Positions 1 to 9,702 of a stretch of DNA of 55,792 nt are shown here, in pieces. Below the pieces are notes generated by a model. That model was given only the letters and a program-made list of their open reading frames with translations, searched no databases and was not told the origin of the DNA. Position 1 is the stretch's first letter. Each line of letters starts with the position of its first letter. The translations under genes were made by a program, and so were the position numbers. The stretch is from the IMG/VR virus record IMGVR_UViG_3300027373_000207, positions 1 to 55,792 of that record, one strand, 5' to 3'. The DNA is from a virus (Duplodnaviria; Caudoviricetes).

Positions 1-18
1 AGAAGATTGTCACCTCTT

Positions 19-1182
19 TTAATAAAAACTCGAAATTCTTAAATCACTAACAGTCCATGATGCATATTCAGCGTGAGCGGCAGCATTACTGCACAATAAT
101 GTTGGCGCATACAAGCCAGCGTATAAATTCCCTGCTATCGCATATACTTTTCTGGCAATTTCCGTTAATACTGGAACAGTGCCAATATAAGATAATTGAT
201 ATATACTATATCTTGCTATAACACCATCCCAAGTAAGCACCAATTTATATACTGTGTTAAGTGCAGCTGGAAGTGAAGGATATAGGTATGTGCCCGTATC
301 TTGCATCACACCATTTAAGAGAGTTTTCATCCTAGCTGCAATACCGTAAGATGCATTGTAACTGATATAGAAACCAGAACCAGAAACACTGCCATTATAG
401 CAAGAAAATAGCGCATTCCAGTTAGCGGTTGCAGTGTCCATTCTGCACCAAAGTTCAATCCTAATATCTGATCTTGCGGCAAATACTCCAGATACTGGCG
501 ATGTAAATTGAATATATGCATTAGAACCATTACCTTGCTGTGCATTTGTACTACCAGGCTTAATTCCATCAGTAATAATTGTATTATGAGAAGTAGCAAT
601 AAAAGCATTAGGTGATGTGTCTATCAAAGAAATGCCTTCTCCCTCTTCCATCGGGAGATAAACAAGCTTTTCACGAAAACTGGTGTTAATCCAAATTTTA
701 CTTGTATCTGTGGGTGCTGTATCAGAGAGTACAAAAGGAGCAGCATCACCTGTATCGCCTTTTACTCCTTGAGCACCTCGGGGAAGTGTAAAGTTTAATA
801 TAGGGGCAGTAGGTGTCCCAACATTTACAACTTCTGCAGGATCACCCGATGCGCCGGTTGTAGTTTCACCAATAGTAAGAGATACAAGCGTATCGCCCTG
901 GTCACCTTTTGGACCTGTGAGGCCCATAGCCCCTCTTGGAATTGTAAAATTTAGCACAGGCTCTGTAGTTGTACCTGAATTTGTAACCGCTGCCTCAGAA
1001 CCGGCAGCACCCGTTTTAGTTTCTCCCACTGTAACGCCTACTAGAGTGTCACCTTTTACGCCTTGTGGTCCTTGAGGTCCTACTAATGATTCGAGCCATT
1101 CTTCTACAGTTCCGGTATAGCCTTCGTGTACCGCAACTTCATATGCAGATAATCCCGGTGGGATGGATAAAGTTCCTCCCAT
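19..1182 (-). CDS. Tail fibre / receptor-binding-like protein with collagen-like GXY repeats and a C-terminal LamG/ConA-like domain
   Basis: GLSAYEVAV...EEWLESL motif, GPQGPQGVKGD repeats, two PVLNFTIPRG-type repeats, beta-rich C-terminus; distal position in the tail module. Confidence 0.75.
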   Translation of the reverse strand: MGGTLSIPPGLSAYEVAVHEGYTGTVEEWLESLVGPQGPQGVKGDTLVGVTVGETKTGAAGSEAAVTNSGTTTEPVLNFTIPRGAMGLTGPKGDQGDTLVSLTIGETTTGASGDPAEVVNVGTPTAPILNFTLPRGAQGVKGDTGDAAPFVLSDTAPTDTSKIWINTSFREKLVYLPMEEGEGISLIDTSPNAFIATSHNTIITDGIKPGSTNAQQGNGSNAYIQFTSPVSGVFAARSDIRIELWCRMDTATANWNALFSCYNGSVSGSGFYISYNASYGIAARMKTLLNGVMQDTGTYLYPSLPAALNTVYKLVLTWDGVIARYSIYQLSYIGTVPVLTEIARKVYAIAGNLYAGLYAPTLLCSNAAAHAEYASWTVSDLRISSFY

Positions 1183-1183
1183 A

Positions 1184-1507
1184 TTAACTCACTCCTTCCA
1201 AAATTTTAAACTGTGAGGGCCCAACGATCGTATCTTTGATGCCCCCTGATAGATCGACCCGAACATCATAGATATAGTTTCCTGGATCGATGTCCGTATC
1301 AGTAGATAAAAGCTCGATCTGAGCTGACCCATTTCTATTAAAAGTTGTAATTACTTTTTGAATTATTTTTTCAGTAGAAGCTAGTGATTTTTTTACTGTA
1401 AAATATACTGTATCACCATCAGCTAAGATATAATCTTCTATTGGCAAGTCAAATATACCGGTATCCCCGCGAGTTATAATGATCTTGGTCCCGCTGATCT
1501 TAAACAT
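1184..1507 (-). CDS. BppU-like baseplate upper protein N-terminal domain
   Basis: ITRGDT...VYFTVK...PGNYIYDV pattern; tail context. Confidence 0.65.
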   Translation of the reverse strand: MFKISGTKIIITRGDTGIFDLPIEDYILADGDTVYFTVKKSLASTEKIIQKVITTFNRNGSAQIELLSTDTDIDPGNYIYDVRVDLSGGIKDTIVGPSQFKILEGVS

Positions 1508-1519
1508 TTAAATGCCCCC

Positions 1520-1768
1520 TTAAACGATTTTTCCCAGTATTACATAACCGCCACCCACGCAGGCCATTATCACCCTATCTCCTGAGACAGGATTATAACT
1601 TGAGAGATACGGATAAGCCTTGCCACTGATCGTCGTCTCCCCGTCGAAAAGCACTTTAGGTCTCCCTAAAGTGTAAGCACTATCTATCGCCCCAAAGGCG
1701 AACACAGCCGCAGCCTGATCAGGTTTTAACATTTTCAAAAAGTCTTCAGCAGACGGTATTCCGCTCAT
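1520..1768 (-). CDS. Small phage tail/baseplate protein (start revised to 1768)
   Basis: ATGA overlap with the upstream stop, AAGGAG RBS; YPYLSSYNPVSGDRV motif. Confidence 0.65.
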   Translation of the reverse strand: MSGIPSAEDFLKMLKPDQAAAVFAFGAIDSAYTLGRPKVLFDGETTISGKAYPYLSSYNPVSGDRVIMACVGGGYVILGKIV

Positions 1769-2877
1769 ACGCTGATCAGCCTCCTTAATGAATGCTTCAT
1801 CCTTGCCCCGGCTTTTAACTGATAACTCCACCCGGTTTCGGTAAAGTTTTCAAATATGCTGTGTAAGGATGACTCTATCCGGACAATATTCCCGTGTTCA
1901 TGCATCGGCACAATAGCGGTCTCGCAGGTAATATAACCATAGACTTGGGATGCTTCACTCGCTATGCGCTCCGTGTACTCGTCAAGGGTCGTCTGATTAG
2001 CGATATCATCGACGGACTGTATGTCCAATATAGTCCTGCCTCTACTGACCGTGGATAACGGGCTATCGGCATTTGTATTAGTATAAACTGACCGCAAGCT
2101 CGTTGTTTCCGCATTGCTCGTGTAACGCACAAATTTATTAGGCACATTAAACAGATCCATTTTGTAAACAAGACTGTTGCATAAAATGCTGAGTTCATCA
2201 TCCGCATAGGTAATATCTATTGATCTATTTGCTGGAGCTATATATTTGCGAGAGGTGTAATAACCGTTGACATCGACATATAAAGAAATGAAGTTAATTT
2301 TCGATAATAACCAGTTAATCGCAGCAAGCTTAGTTGTCCCGGGATCAAATTCTTTATATGTGCTTAATGTCAAGGTTGAATTTTCGATATTAACCTTGGT
2401 TATTCCAGCGCCACTTAATATGGTTTTTATTGCGATCGTATAAGCTGTCCCTGAGGCTATAGTATAGCGGTCCTCAAATTTATCATCGATTAATACTTGA
2501 AGTCCGTCGTATGCCTCAACCTTATAAAATATCTCATCGTTACGGTCCTGTTGTTCCGGGGAAGATAATAAAAATATACCAACGGGCCACTCAACAAAAT
2601 TTTTGTCCGGCATACGCAAACGGACGAAGGCTTGAATCCGGTCAGAAACAAAGTCAATATCATCATCTTTCTTAAGCGAGAAAGAGGCGGTGCGCTTGAT
2701 ATCAGCAAGGGCATTATAAGCTATAGAAGAAGAATCCTCTACGCAATACAGGGCTTTCTTAAACTTTTCTGTGCTGTCTAGCAGGTCATAACGAAAGGCC
2801 AAGACTCGAGTTGCGGTCTTGGCCTTTAACGCTTCCATGATTCTATCCGGCGTGTATAAAATAGCGTTTGCTGCCAT
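1765..2877 (-). CDS. Phage tail/baseplate hub-like protein (start revised to 2877)
   Basis: GAGGTG RBS; position after the distal tail gene; VPNKFVRY...RGRTI pattern. Confidence 0.65.
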   Translation of the reverse strand: MAANAILYTPDRIMEALKAKTATRVLAFRYDLLDSTEKFKKALYCVEDSSSIAYNALADIKRTASFSLKKDDDIDFVSDRIQAFVRLRMPDKNFVEWPVGIFLLSSPEQQDRNDEIFYKVEAYDGLQVLIDDKFEDRYTIASGTAYTIAIKTILSGAGITKVNIENSTLTLSTYKEFDPGTTKLAAINWLLSKINFISLYVDVNGYYTSRKYIAPANRSIDITYADDELSILCNSLVYKMDLFNVPNKFVRYTSNAETTSLRSVYTNTNADSPLSTVSRGRTILDIQSVDDIANQTTLDEYTERIASEASQVYGYITCETAIVPMHEHGNIVRIESSLHSIFENFTETGWSYQLKAGARMKHSLRRLISV

Positions 2878-2878
2878 T

Positions 2879-4666
2879 TCACACCACCTCGCTATAATAA
2901 GTACGGTCAAGGGTAAAAGAAACAACATAATAACCCGGGCGAAATTGATCATTTGCGCCAAAGGAGCCGACTGTCACAAATTCCCGCCGACCCCGCTGAT
3001 CACGATATAAAAGAATGTCTTTTTCTTCAAACATTTCTCTTAAGGTCTGCACATCTGCCGCCGTTTTTACCGTAAAACTCAAAGGTAAATTAACATCGGT
3101 CTGAACTTCAAACTCTGCGACTGCAGTCTCTCTTCCGGCGTACTTTGTTAAAGTACGGTTATAATTACTGTTATCGGCGCGGCTGGCATTATAGACCAGA
3201 GGAATGTATTGATTATAGTCGGAGACAAGCGCTAATTGTGAATTCTTAATAGTTATAGATTGCCTGCTGGCAGCCGAATCTTTATAACCTTCGTTTTCTC
3301 CCACGGCACGGACTAAATAATCATAGGCGACGCCGCTTGCGGGCGTGTAATCTGTAAACGATCCGCCGGAGGCAATATTCGTGGCTATCCTGGTATATGT
3401 ACTCTCGCTGGATTTTTTTCGGTAGATGCTGTTATAGTCAAGGGCAGGCTGCGCGCCTGTAGGCGTGGGGTTAGTAATAGTTAGTGTTATGCTGCCTCTT
3501 GTTGTGTCCGTTGTTACTGCAATTGTAGGCGTAGGAGGAGGGGTATATGTTACAGTAAAAGTCCTCGTTACTGCTGCACTGGCAACATTCTTATCATCCC
3601 ATGTAGTCACTCTGACTTTATAATCGGTTGAGGTTTCTAATAAATAGGCAAAGTCATGATATTTATTAGAGCTCGTCGTTATGCCGCTGTTTTCTAAGAC
3701 TATATCAAAGGCATCTAATAACTCTGCCTTATATGCGCTTTGAGTGCCATCATCCGTAAATGTCCATGTTGTTCTCAAAGAAGAAGTCCCGACTATATCA
3801 GCATCAACGGCAGGATAAGTGATTGTTTGAACAGGTTTAGCGGAAGAATAAAAAGTCGCTAAAGAAGAATAGGGACCAACCTGATCATCAGAATCCCACG
3901 TTCTTACTTTCCATTGATATTGTTTGCCATTAACAAGGGTATTGGCAGCCATTTCATTAGCTGAAATATTACTTATTGTCTTCCCGGTGTCATAATCAAG
4001 AGAGTTATCAGACGCATCATAAGCCAATAACTGGTATGCGCTTTGAGTATCTCCCGCCATCGGGTCGTTAAAAGTCCAAGTTAATGTATTCGCTTCCGTG
4101 GCATCTAAATTAGCTCTAGTCAACCCTGTCGGAGTTGTTGGCGCAGGATTATCGTAATAAACTTTAATCGCCATGCTATCCACATAAGCGTTTTGCGTGT
4201 AGTTATTGGAAACCAAATTTGCTTGAAAAGCTGCGCCAAAGTTTGCGCTGTTAATCTCTGCCCCTGTCCAAGTCGTTCCCCACAAATCAGTTGAACCACC
4301 ATAAACAACAGCAGTGTTTGTCAACTCCCAATGGGCAGCCTTCGCTGCACTAGTGCCAACAGCAGCGCCGTTTTTTACTAGCTTTACCGATTGGTCATTA
4401 GTATATTGGCCAGAACTGTCGCGATTAGCGTATCTATATACGGTTAATTCAATTCCTGTTATGGTTGCTCCAAGAGGAATAGAAAAGCCATAACCCGTAG
4501 CTTTTGCGTAATAGGTAGTTTCGGCATCATGTGCAGATATATGCACATTTGCATATTGATTATCCTGCGCTTTAACATTATCGACAGAAGACCACGGATA
4601 GTCGTTGCCAACTGAACTGTCGTTAGCCGCTACAGTAGGTAAATATGGACCTTGAGAATATGTCAT
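2879..4666 (-). CDS. Minor/distal tail protein with fibronectin-III/Ig-like repeats
   Basis: Follows the tape measure gene; YQWKVRTWD, YKVRVTTWD and YDYLVRAV FN3-like strands. Confidence 0.7.
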   Translation of the reverse strand: MTYSQGPYLPTVAANDSSVGNDYPWSSVDNVKAQDNQYANVHISAHDAETTYYAKATGYGFSIPLGATITGIELTVYRYANRDSSGQYTNDQSVKLVKNGAAVGTSAAKAAHWELTNTAVVYGGSTDLWGTTWTGAEINSANFGAAFQANLVSNNYTQNAYVDSMAIKVYYDNPAPTTPTGLTRANLDATEANTLTWTFNDPMAGDTQSAYQLLAYDASDNSLDYDTGKTISNISANEMAANTLVNGKQYQWKVRTWDSDDQVGPYSSLATFYSSAKPVQTITYPAVDADIVGTSSLRTTWTFTDDGTQSAYKAELLDAFDIVLENSGITTSSNKYHDFAYLLETSTDYKVRVTTWDDKNVASAAVTRTFTVTYTPPPTPTIAVTTDTTRGSITLTITNPTPTGAQPALDYNSIYRKKSSESTYTRIATNIASGGSFTDYTPASGVAYDYLVRAVGENEGYKDSAASRQSITIKNSQLALVSDYNQYIPLVYNASRADNSNYNRTLTKYAGRETAVAEFEVQTDVNLPLSFTVKTAADVQTLREMFEEKDILLYRDQRGRREFVTVGSFGANDQFRPGYYVVSFTLDRTYYSEVV

Positions 4667-6708
4667 ACTGTTACCACCTGCCTTCTAGCCTGCTGTAATC
4701 CATTAAACAGGTCATAGACTTTAGAAAGCTCTTTATCGGCGTAGATATTAATTACTGTTGGGCTTGACGAAGCTGCCGCGGTTGTCTGCTGCTTGCTCGC
4801 CGCTGAATTAACATTATAAACGCCGCTCATTTCTATATTTGTCGGTATGCTGCGATTAATTAGATTAGATACTTGGCCCATCTGGGCAGTAAAGCCTTCG
4901 CCGATTCCTTGAGCCATAAACCCGCCTATCTCAGTAAATACCTTCGATGGCGAAGCAATTCCGAGCGTTTCTTTTACTGCGTTAACTATGGACTTGAAGA
5001 AGTTCTTCACGTTCGCCACAAACCTGGCCCTTGCCGCCTGTATGCCCGCCCATACACCGTCGACAATCGCTTGGCCTATATCGCTAAAGCCGTTTATCCA
5101 TTCCTTAAACTTAGCAAGCAGCCCGCTGACCCATTGTTTAAATTTAGGAATAAGTTTATCAAGGACTTTTATAGCCACGGAAAAAGGATTTGTTATTAAA
5201 GTCAAAAGGACTTGCCAATTTTCCTTAACAAAATTAAGAACAGTGTTGAATGCCCCCGGAATCTTAACCGTGAAAATATCCTTTACCGTTGTAAATAAAT
5301 CCATTGCTGTTTCTTTTATTTTTGTCCAAGCACCGGTAACAGCATTCCTAAAGCCTTCGTTTGTGTTCCATAAAACTATGATAGCCGCTACTGCCGCTGC
5401 AATTAGAGCAATTATAATACCGATCGGGTTTGCTAACATAGCAATATTAAGCCCGGTCTGAGCGGCTCTTGCCGCAGTAATAGCAGTACTTAACCCCTGA
5501 AAAGCGGTTATTAATGAGCTAATAAAAGATGCTACTTTAAACATCGCCAGGCCTACGCCGATCGCTACTACCCCTGCGGCTATTCCGCTTGCATGATCTA
5601 AAACCCAGCTTAGTCCATCAACGAGAGGCTTAATGTCTATGTTTTTGATTTTCTCCGCAAAATCGGCAAACTTTTGAGCGAGTCCGGCATCGGCAAAAGC
5701 CTGCCCAAATTTACCTATTACGGCAGTTTTTAAATTTTCCAAAGCGTCCCCGAAAGCATCTAATCCGGCAATTGCTTCATTAGACATGACCGCTCCGCTT
5801 GCACGGGCCTCTTTGGCATATCTGTTCAACTCATCACCGCCTGCTTTGATAAGAGGGTTTAATTCCATAGCAGACTTGCCGAATAGCTGCATTGCCAGGG
5901 CATCCCGTTCAGTTTCGTTGCCCACTCCATTGAGCGCAGTGAAAGCCTCCGACATAACGACTTTGGCATCTCGAAGTTGACCATTGCCATCTACTACAGA
6001 TATGCCTAACGCCCTAAAGGCCTCTGCCTGCGCGCCGGTACCAGCCTCCGCTGCGAACATGGCTTTAGTTAATTTTGCTTGAGCGCCGGTAATAGTATCT
6101 AGCTCGACACCTAAATTATTACCAATATATTGCAGCTCCTGCAGCCTTTCAGCGGATAATCCTGTGACATCGGCTTGCTTTTGGATCTCGTCGGCGTTTT
6201 TTACTGCCGCCATAGTTAAAGCACCAATACTAGCCAGTGCCGCTACGGCAGCCATCTTAACAACATTTAAGGATGCTTTGAGCTTATCCTGTGCTGCGCT
6301 GAATTCCTTGCTATTAAGAGCCGCCTTTACTTGTTCCTGCCCATATTCTTTGATTGCTGTTTCGTTTTGCTTTAACTTAGTTTTTGTATTCGCAAGCTGA
6401 GTTTCGGCTTTATTGAGTTGTAATTGCCAGTTTTTTACCTGAGTGGAATTTTCGCCATACTCTTTCTTAGAGTTCTCCAGTGCGGTTTTCAGGGTTTCAA
6501 CCTTTTGCTTTTGCGCATCTATTTGTTTATTAAAGACCTCTGTCTTTGATTTAAGGGCATCCATGCTATTAGCGTTCCGGCCAAACTCGGCTGTCACTTT
6601 TGACATTTCGGAGGCCAGGACGGAGATATCCTGATTAATACCTGTTACAGCCTTTTTGAATTCCTTTTCGCCCTCTAATACTATGACAGCACCGATACTA
6701 TCCGTCAT
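4663..6708 (-). CDS. Tail tape measure protein
   Basis: LEGEKEFKKA start, coiled-coil N-terminus, ANPIGIII, LGIASPSKVF motifs. Confidence 0.92.
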   Translation of the reverse strand: MTDSIGAVIVLEGEKEFKKAVTGINQDISVLASEMSKVTAEFGRNANSMDALKSKTEVFNKQIDAQKQKVETLKTALENSKKEYGENSTQVKNWQLQLNKAETQLANTKTKLKQNETAIKEYGQEQVKAALNSKEFSAAQDKLKASLNVVKMAAVAALASIGALTMAAVKNADEIQKQADVTGLSAERLQELQYIGNNLGVELDTITGAQAKLTKAMFAAEAGTGAQAEAFRALGISVVDGNGQLRDAKVVMSEAFTALNGVGNETERDALAMQLFGKSAMELNPLIKAGGDELNRYAKEARASGAVMSNEAIAGLDAFGDALENLKTAVIGKFGQAFADAGLAQKFADFAEKIKNIDIKPLVDGLSWVLDHASGIAAGVVAIGVGLAMFKVASFISSLITAFQGLSTAITAARAAQTGLNIAMLANPIGIIIALIAAAVAAIIVLWNTNEGFRNAVTGAWTKIKETAMDLFTTVKDIFTVKIPGAFNTVLNFVKENWQVLLTLITNPFSVAIKVLDKLIPKFKQWVSGLLAKFKEWINGFSDIGQAIVDGVWAGIQAARARFVANVKNFFKSIVNAVKETLGIASPSKVFTEIGGFMAQGIGEGFTAQMGQVSNLINRSIPTNIEMSGVYNVNSAASKQQTTAAASSSPTVINIYADKELSKVYDLFNGLQQARRQVVTV

Positions 6709-6914
6709 TAGATCACCCCCTCCGGTATTGCTTCATCAAGTGTTAAGGATTCCTGATATTGCCCATGTTCTTTTAGATACTCAACATAAAGCAACATCAG
6801 CTTCCGCATTGTCATATGCCAGACTTCCTTCTCGGAATATCCTAAAAGAGTCTTGCCTATAAAAAGACAGCGAGCAACATTTAATCGTTCTGCTGCTCGC
6901 TCGTCGCGTTTGGG
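6708..6914 (-). CDS. -1 frameshift extension of the tail assembly chaperone (gpGT-like)
   Basis: Slippery heptamer C CCA AAC at 6914-6908; the -1 frame is open (RDERAAERLNVARCLFIGKTLLGYSEKEVWHMTMRKL...EGVI*) to a TAATG overlap with the tape measure start. Confidence 0.85.
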   Translation of the reverse strand, partial: PKRDERAAERLNVARCLFIGKTLLGYSEKEVWHMTMRKLMLLYVEYLKEHGQYQESLTLDEAIPEGVI

Positions 6915-7279
6915 GCATCTTCCTCCGGTTCGGGAGTTCCCGCCGCAAATGATTTATAAATTGAAGTTGTCATTTCATTCATATTTTCAGCGCTTATGTA
7001 TCTGCCGACATATCGTTCGTCAACATGTAGCAATCGGGGTTTTTCGCCCCGCTCTAATGCCTCATCGTTTTGGCAATCAATATCTTCATTGATCAGTACA
7101 GCCAATAGATACCTAAGGTTTTTTATTGCGTTTTTTTCATCCTTAAACAGTTTTTCCATTTCTTCGATTGGGATATTAAAATGATCTTGAATATCGTCTA
7201 TAACATTGAGAGTAAACCTTAAAGCGTACTCATTTTTACCAAGTCTTATTTTAGTCCCTGTCGGTTTTAGATCGCTCAT
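6881..7279 (-). CDS. Tail assembly chaperone (gpG-like)
   Basis: Lies between major tail and tape measure genes; GGAGGT RBS; EYALRFTLN motif. Confidence 0.85.
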   Translation of the reverse strand: MSDLKPTGTKIRLGKNEYALRFTLNVIDDIQDHFNIPIEEMEKLFKDEKNAIKNLRYLLAVLINEDIDCQNDEALERGEKPRLLHVDERYVGRYISAENMNEMTTSIYKSFAAGTPEPEEDAPNATSEQQND

Positions 7280-7289
7280 ATTTACCTCC

Positions 7290-7321
7290 AAAAAGATAGG
7301 GGAGCAGGTAACCGCTCCCCC
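7290..7321 (-). terminator. Hairpin / intrinsic terminator after the major tail gene
   Basis: GGGGAGC...GCTCCCC stem followed by TATCTTTTT on the minus strand. Confidence 0.6.
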
Positions 7322-7333
7322 TTAATTAGGTAA

Positions 7334-8218
7334 TTACGCAGTTTTGATTGCAACGATTTCTGTCACTTGCGGTGTCTTGCCGGCTTCTTGGGCAATGAGC
7401 TTTACTTTCTTTGAGCCAACAGAAGCCATAGCTATTGCTGCAGAAGCGGAGCCGCTTACAACAGTTTGAACGAATACATCATCAACATAAAGCGAAATAG
7501 TGTGATTTGCAGCGGTGGGAGTCACGGTAAAGCTTGTTCCTGTCAAGCCATTAAAAGCATAAGACCGTATAGCTGTACCAAAAGCCGGTGACAATGTTCC
7601 GCCGGTACCTGTCAAGGCCAATGCAGTCAAGCCGCCTGATGCAGTAACAGGTATGGTCGCTTTCCCTTCAAGCCATAATTTAGCATTTGCTTCAGTAGAG
7701 AATGTGCCTTCTTCTTTCCACTTGCCGTCGGCAGCTACCATGATCGCGCCTTCCAAAGTAGGTGTTTGGAACTCAGGGCTTTCTCCTTTGGTTTTATTAT
7801 TATCATCAGGCTCAGTAAACTGGACTTTTTTCAGCCAAATGGCGCGCCAGCGAGTTACACCGGCAACAATTTTTTTACCATAGAAGCCAAAGCCGACATA
7901 CCCGGGGGTTACATTGCCTAAAGCACTAATTTCTTTAGTGCCGATGGATGCATCAACGGTCGCACCCTCTACATTACCAAGTAAGGCAATCTTTACTGCA
8001 TCTGTTAAATCATCGGTATCTACAGTAATAGAGCCATCTTTGAAAGAACGATCAATTTCGGCGAGGCCATCATCAGCAAAAAGCTTTACATCATTTGAAT
8101 TAATTTTAATATCTGCTTTTATGCCCTTGCCAAGTACAGCGCCATTAGCATAACTAATAGCCGATGCAGTTTCTGTAGCCAGGGCATAAACAGGATATTT
8201 TAATCCGATCTTTACCAT
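7334..8218 (-). CDS. Major tail protein (phi13-like) with a C-terminal cadherin-like beta-sandwich
   Basis: KIGLKYPVYA, LFADD, TKGESPEFQTPTLEG motifs; C-terminal TLSPAF Ig-like domain. Confidence 0.88.
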   Translation of the reverse strand: MVKIGLKYPVYALATETASAISYANGAVLGKGIKADIKINSNDVKLFADDGLAEIDRSFKDGSITVDTDDLTDAVKIALLGNVEGATVDASIGTKEISALGNVTPGYVGFGFYGKKIVAGVTRWRAIWLKKVQFTEPDDNNKTKGESPEFQTPTLEGAIMVAADGKWKEEGTFSTEANAKLWLEGKATIPVTASGGLTALALTGTGGTLSPAFGTAIRSYAFNGLTGTSFTVTPTAANHTISLYVDDVFVQTVVSGSASAAIAMASVGSKKVKLIAQEAGKTPQVTEIVAIKTA

Positions 8219-8242
8219 TTCTTACCCCCTAATCTTTAATAG

Positions 8243-8290
8243 AAAAGCCACTCGCGCGGGTTAAACCGGCGAATGGCTTTTTTGTTTTTT
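8243..8290. terminator. Bidirectional terminator-like hairpin upstream of the major tail gene
   Basis: AAAAGCCA...TGGCTTTT stem with A/T runs on both sides. Confidence 0.55.
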
Positions 8291-8320
8291 CGGGCTGCTT
8301 AGCATGAAACAGCTCATTAT

Positions 8321-8746
8321 CTATAACCCTAGTTTTTTTATCTCTTCATCTACAACTCGCGCCATTTCTTCCTTCGCTTTATTGCGCACCTGGGGTATCG
8401 CCGGACGGACGAAAGGCTTTTTCTTTTGCTTGCTTGAGCCGCTTTCCATTACTCGAGCTTTAAGCTGGTTAGCCACGCCTTTACTGTCATAGCTATCAAA
8501 GCCGACCTTTGAATTTATATTGCCTTCTGAGTCTATCTTCGGTGATGTAATGCCCAGGCTATCCAGTAGATCACCTTGGCTATATTTCGAACCGGCAAGA
8601 TTCTTTTCCAGGTTTTTTCTGATTTGATCAGCTACTATTCCCGCACCAACATATATGGCTTTTTTTGCTATCTCCGTAGATTGGCCCTCCAGTTTTGACA
8701 GTTTTAAAGCGATCTCATCAATGCCTTTTAAGGTTATCTTAGCCAA
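8321..8746 (-). CDS. HK97 gp10-like tail component (TTG start at 8746)
   Basis: ESGSSKQKKKPFVRPA motif; GAGGTG RBS. Confidence 0.85.
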   Translation of the reverse strand: MAKITLKGIDEIALKLSKLEGQSTEIAKKAIYVGAGIVADQIRKNLEKNLAGSKYSQGDLLDSLGITSPKIDSEGNINSKVGFDSYDSKGVANQLKARVMESGSSKQKKKPFVRPAIPQVRNKAKEEMARVVDEEIKKLGL

Positions 8747-9068
8747 TAGGCAGCACCACCTCAAAGACCCATTCATAGTGGATATACTTTGTGTCATCCT
8801 CATATTGGATTGAATTTAAGCGCCATCCGATGCCCAAGTTATTTATTGCTGTTTGGATAGCTTCGAAATTCGGATCGTTTTCCACTTTGGTGTAATAATC
8901 GATGGTCCCGGTCAATCCCTGATCCGTCATTTTATCGTCAGCATGAAAGGCACCAAACTGTCCGTCTTCCGCCCAAACGATATATTGGTCGGTTTTTTGA
9001 AATACTTCAAAATGTCCCACGTTGGAGGTAACGGTAAGCAAAGCAGTTTCGAGATCATTCAATGTCAT
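8739..9068 (-). CDS. Tail terminator/completion protein
   Basis: YEDDTKYIHY C-terminal motif; neck module position. Confidence 0.7.
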   Translation of the reverse strand: MTLNDLETALLTVTSNVGHFEVFQKTDQYIVWAEDGQFGAFHADDKMTDQGLTGTIDYYTKVENDPNFEAIQTAINNLGIGWRLNSIQYEDDTKYIHYEWVFEVVLPIG

Positions 9069-9408
9069 ACTTTGCCGCCACCTCCTCGAGAGTTAGATCC
9101 ATCACCGGCGGGTCAATGTCCTCCGGATATTGTACCTGCTTGATATGATACTGTTTGCCATCGTTAGGAATAGCGACATCCTGACTTGAAACTTCACGAA
9201 GACGAGGACACCGCAGAACATATTGCACTATAACATTAGCCTGTTTGGCCGCATAATATCGCGACAGTCCTACTGTGCGTTCATGGTAACGAAGCGATCT
9301 TTTGAGCGTTAAAACTTCCTTGGGCTTTGCCCCAGATGGGGCAGTATTGCTAACCTCGTAGATCGAGACTACCCCGTCATTAAACGTTTGTGCTTTACTC
9401 TGGGGCAT
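9055..9408 (-). CDS. Head closure (head-tail adaptor) protein
   Basis: Synteny; DGKQYHIKQVQ motif. Confidence 0.75.
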   Translation of the reverse strand: MPQSKAQTFNDGVVSIYEVSNTAPSGAKPKEVLTLKRSLRYHERTVGLSRYYAAKQANVIVQYVLRCPRLREVSSQDVAIPNDGKQYHIKQVQYPEDIDPPVMDLTLEEVAAKYDIE

Positions 9409-9688
9409 ACAGCAACACCTCCACGGATATTTGCAGGCTCATAAGCTCATGCAGATAATTTGTTTGGAATTCATCCAAAGCATTAGACCTGGCATACCTG
9501 CAATACTCCATCAATAACTCACGGGGTTTATCCTCAATGGTATAATCCTGCGGAAGCCCTGCGGTAGTATCGATATAAGCTATGCCACGAGCAATGATGC
9601 CGGAGAGTTTCTTGTCCCCGGCATCATCATTCCACGTTATATCAAGATGGTTTTTGACATCTTCTAATAATCCATTAGGAAGAGCCAT
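9395..9688 (-). CDS. Head-tail connector (gp6-like)
   Basis: LLEDVKNHLDITW..D..L motif directly after the capsid gene. Confidence 0.8.
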   Translation of the reverse strand: MALPNGLLEDVKNHLDITWNDDAGDKKLSGIIARGIAYIDTTAGLPQDYTIEDKPRELLMEYCRYARSNALDEFQTNYLHELMSLQISVEVLLYAPE

Positions 9689-9702
9689 TTAGGCCACCTC
9701 CC

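Noticed and set aside
19-1182. Diversity-generating retroelement target in the fibre gene
   Set aside because: No reverse transcriptase or template/variable repeat pair seen; the internal repeats are protein-level and diverged
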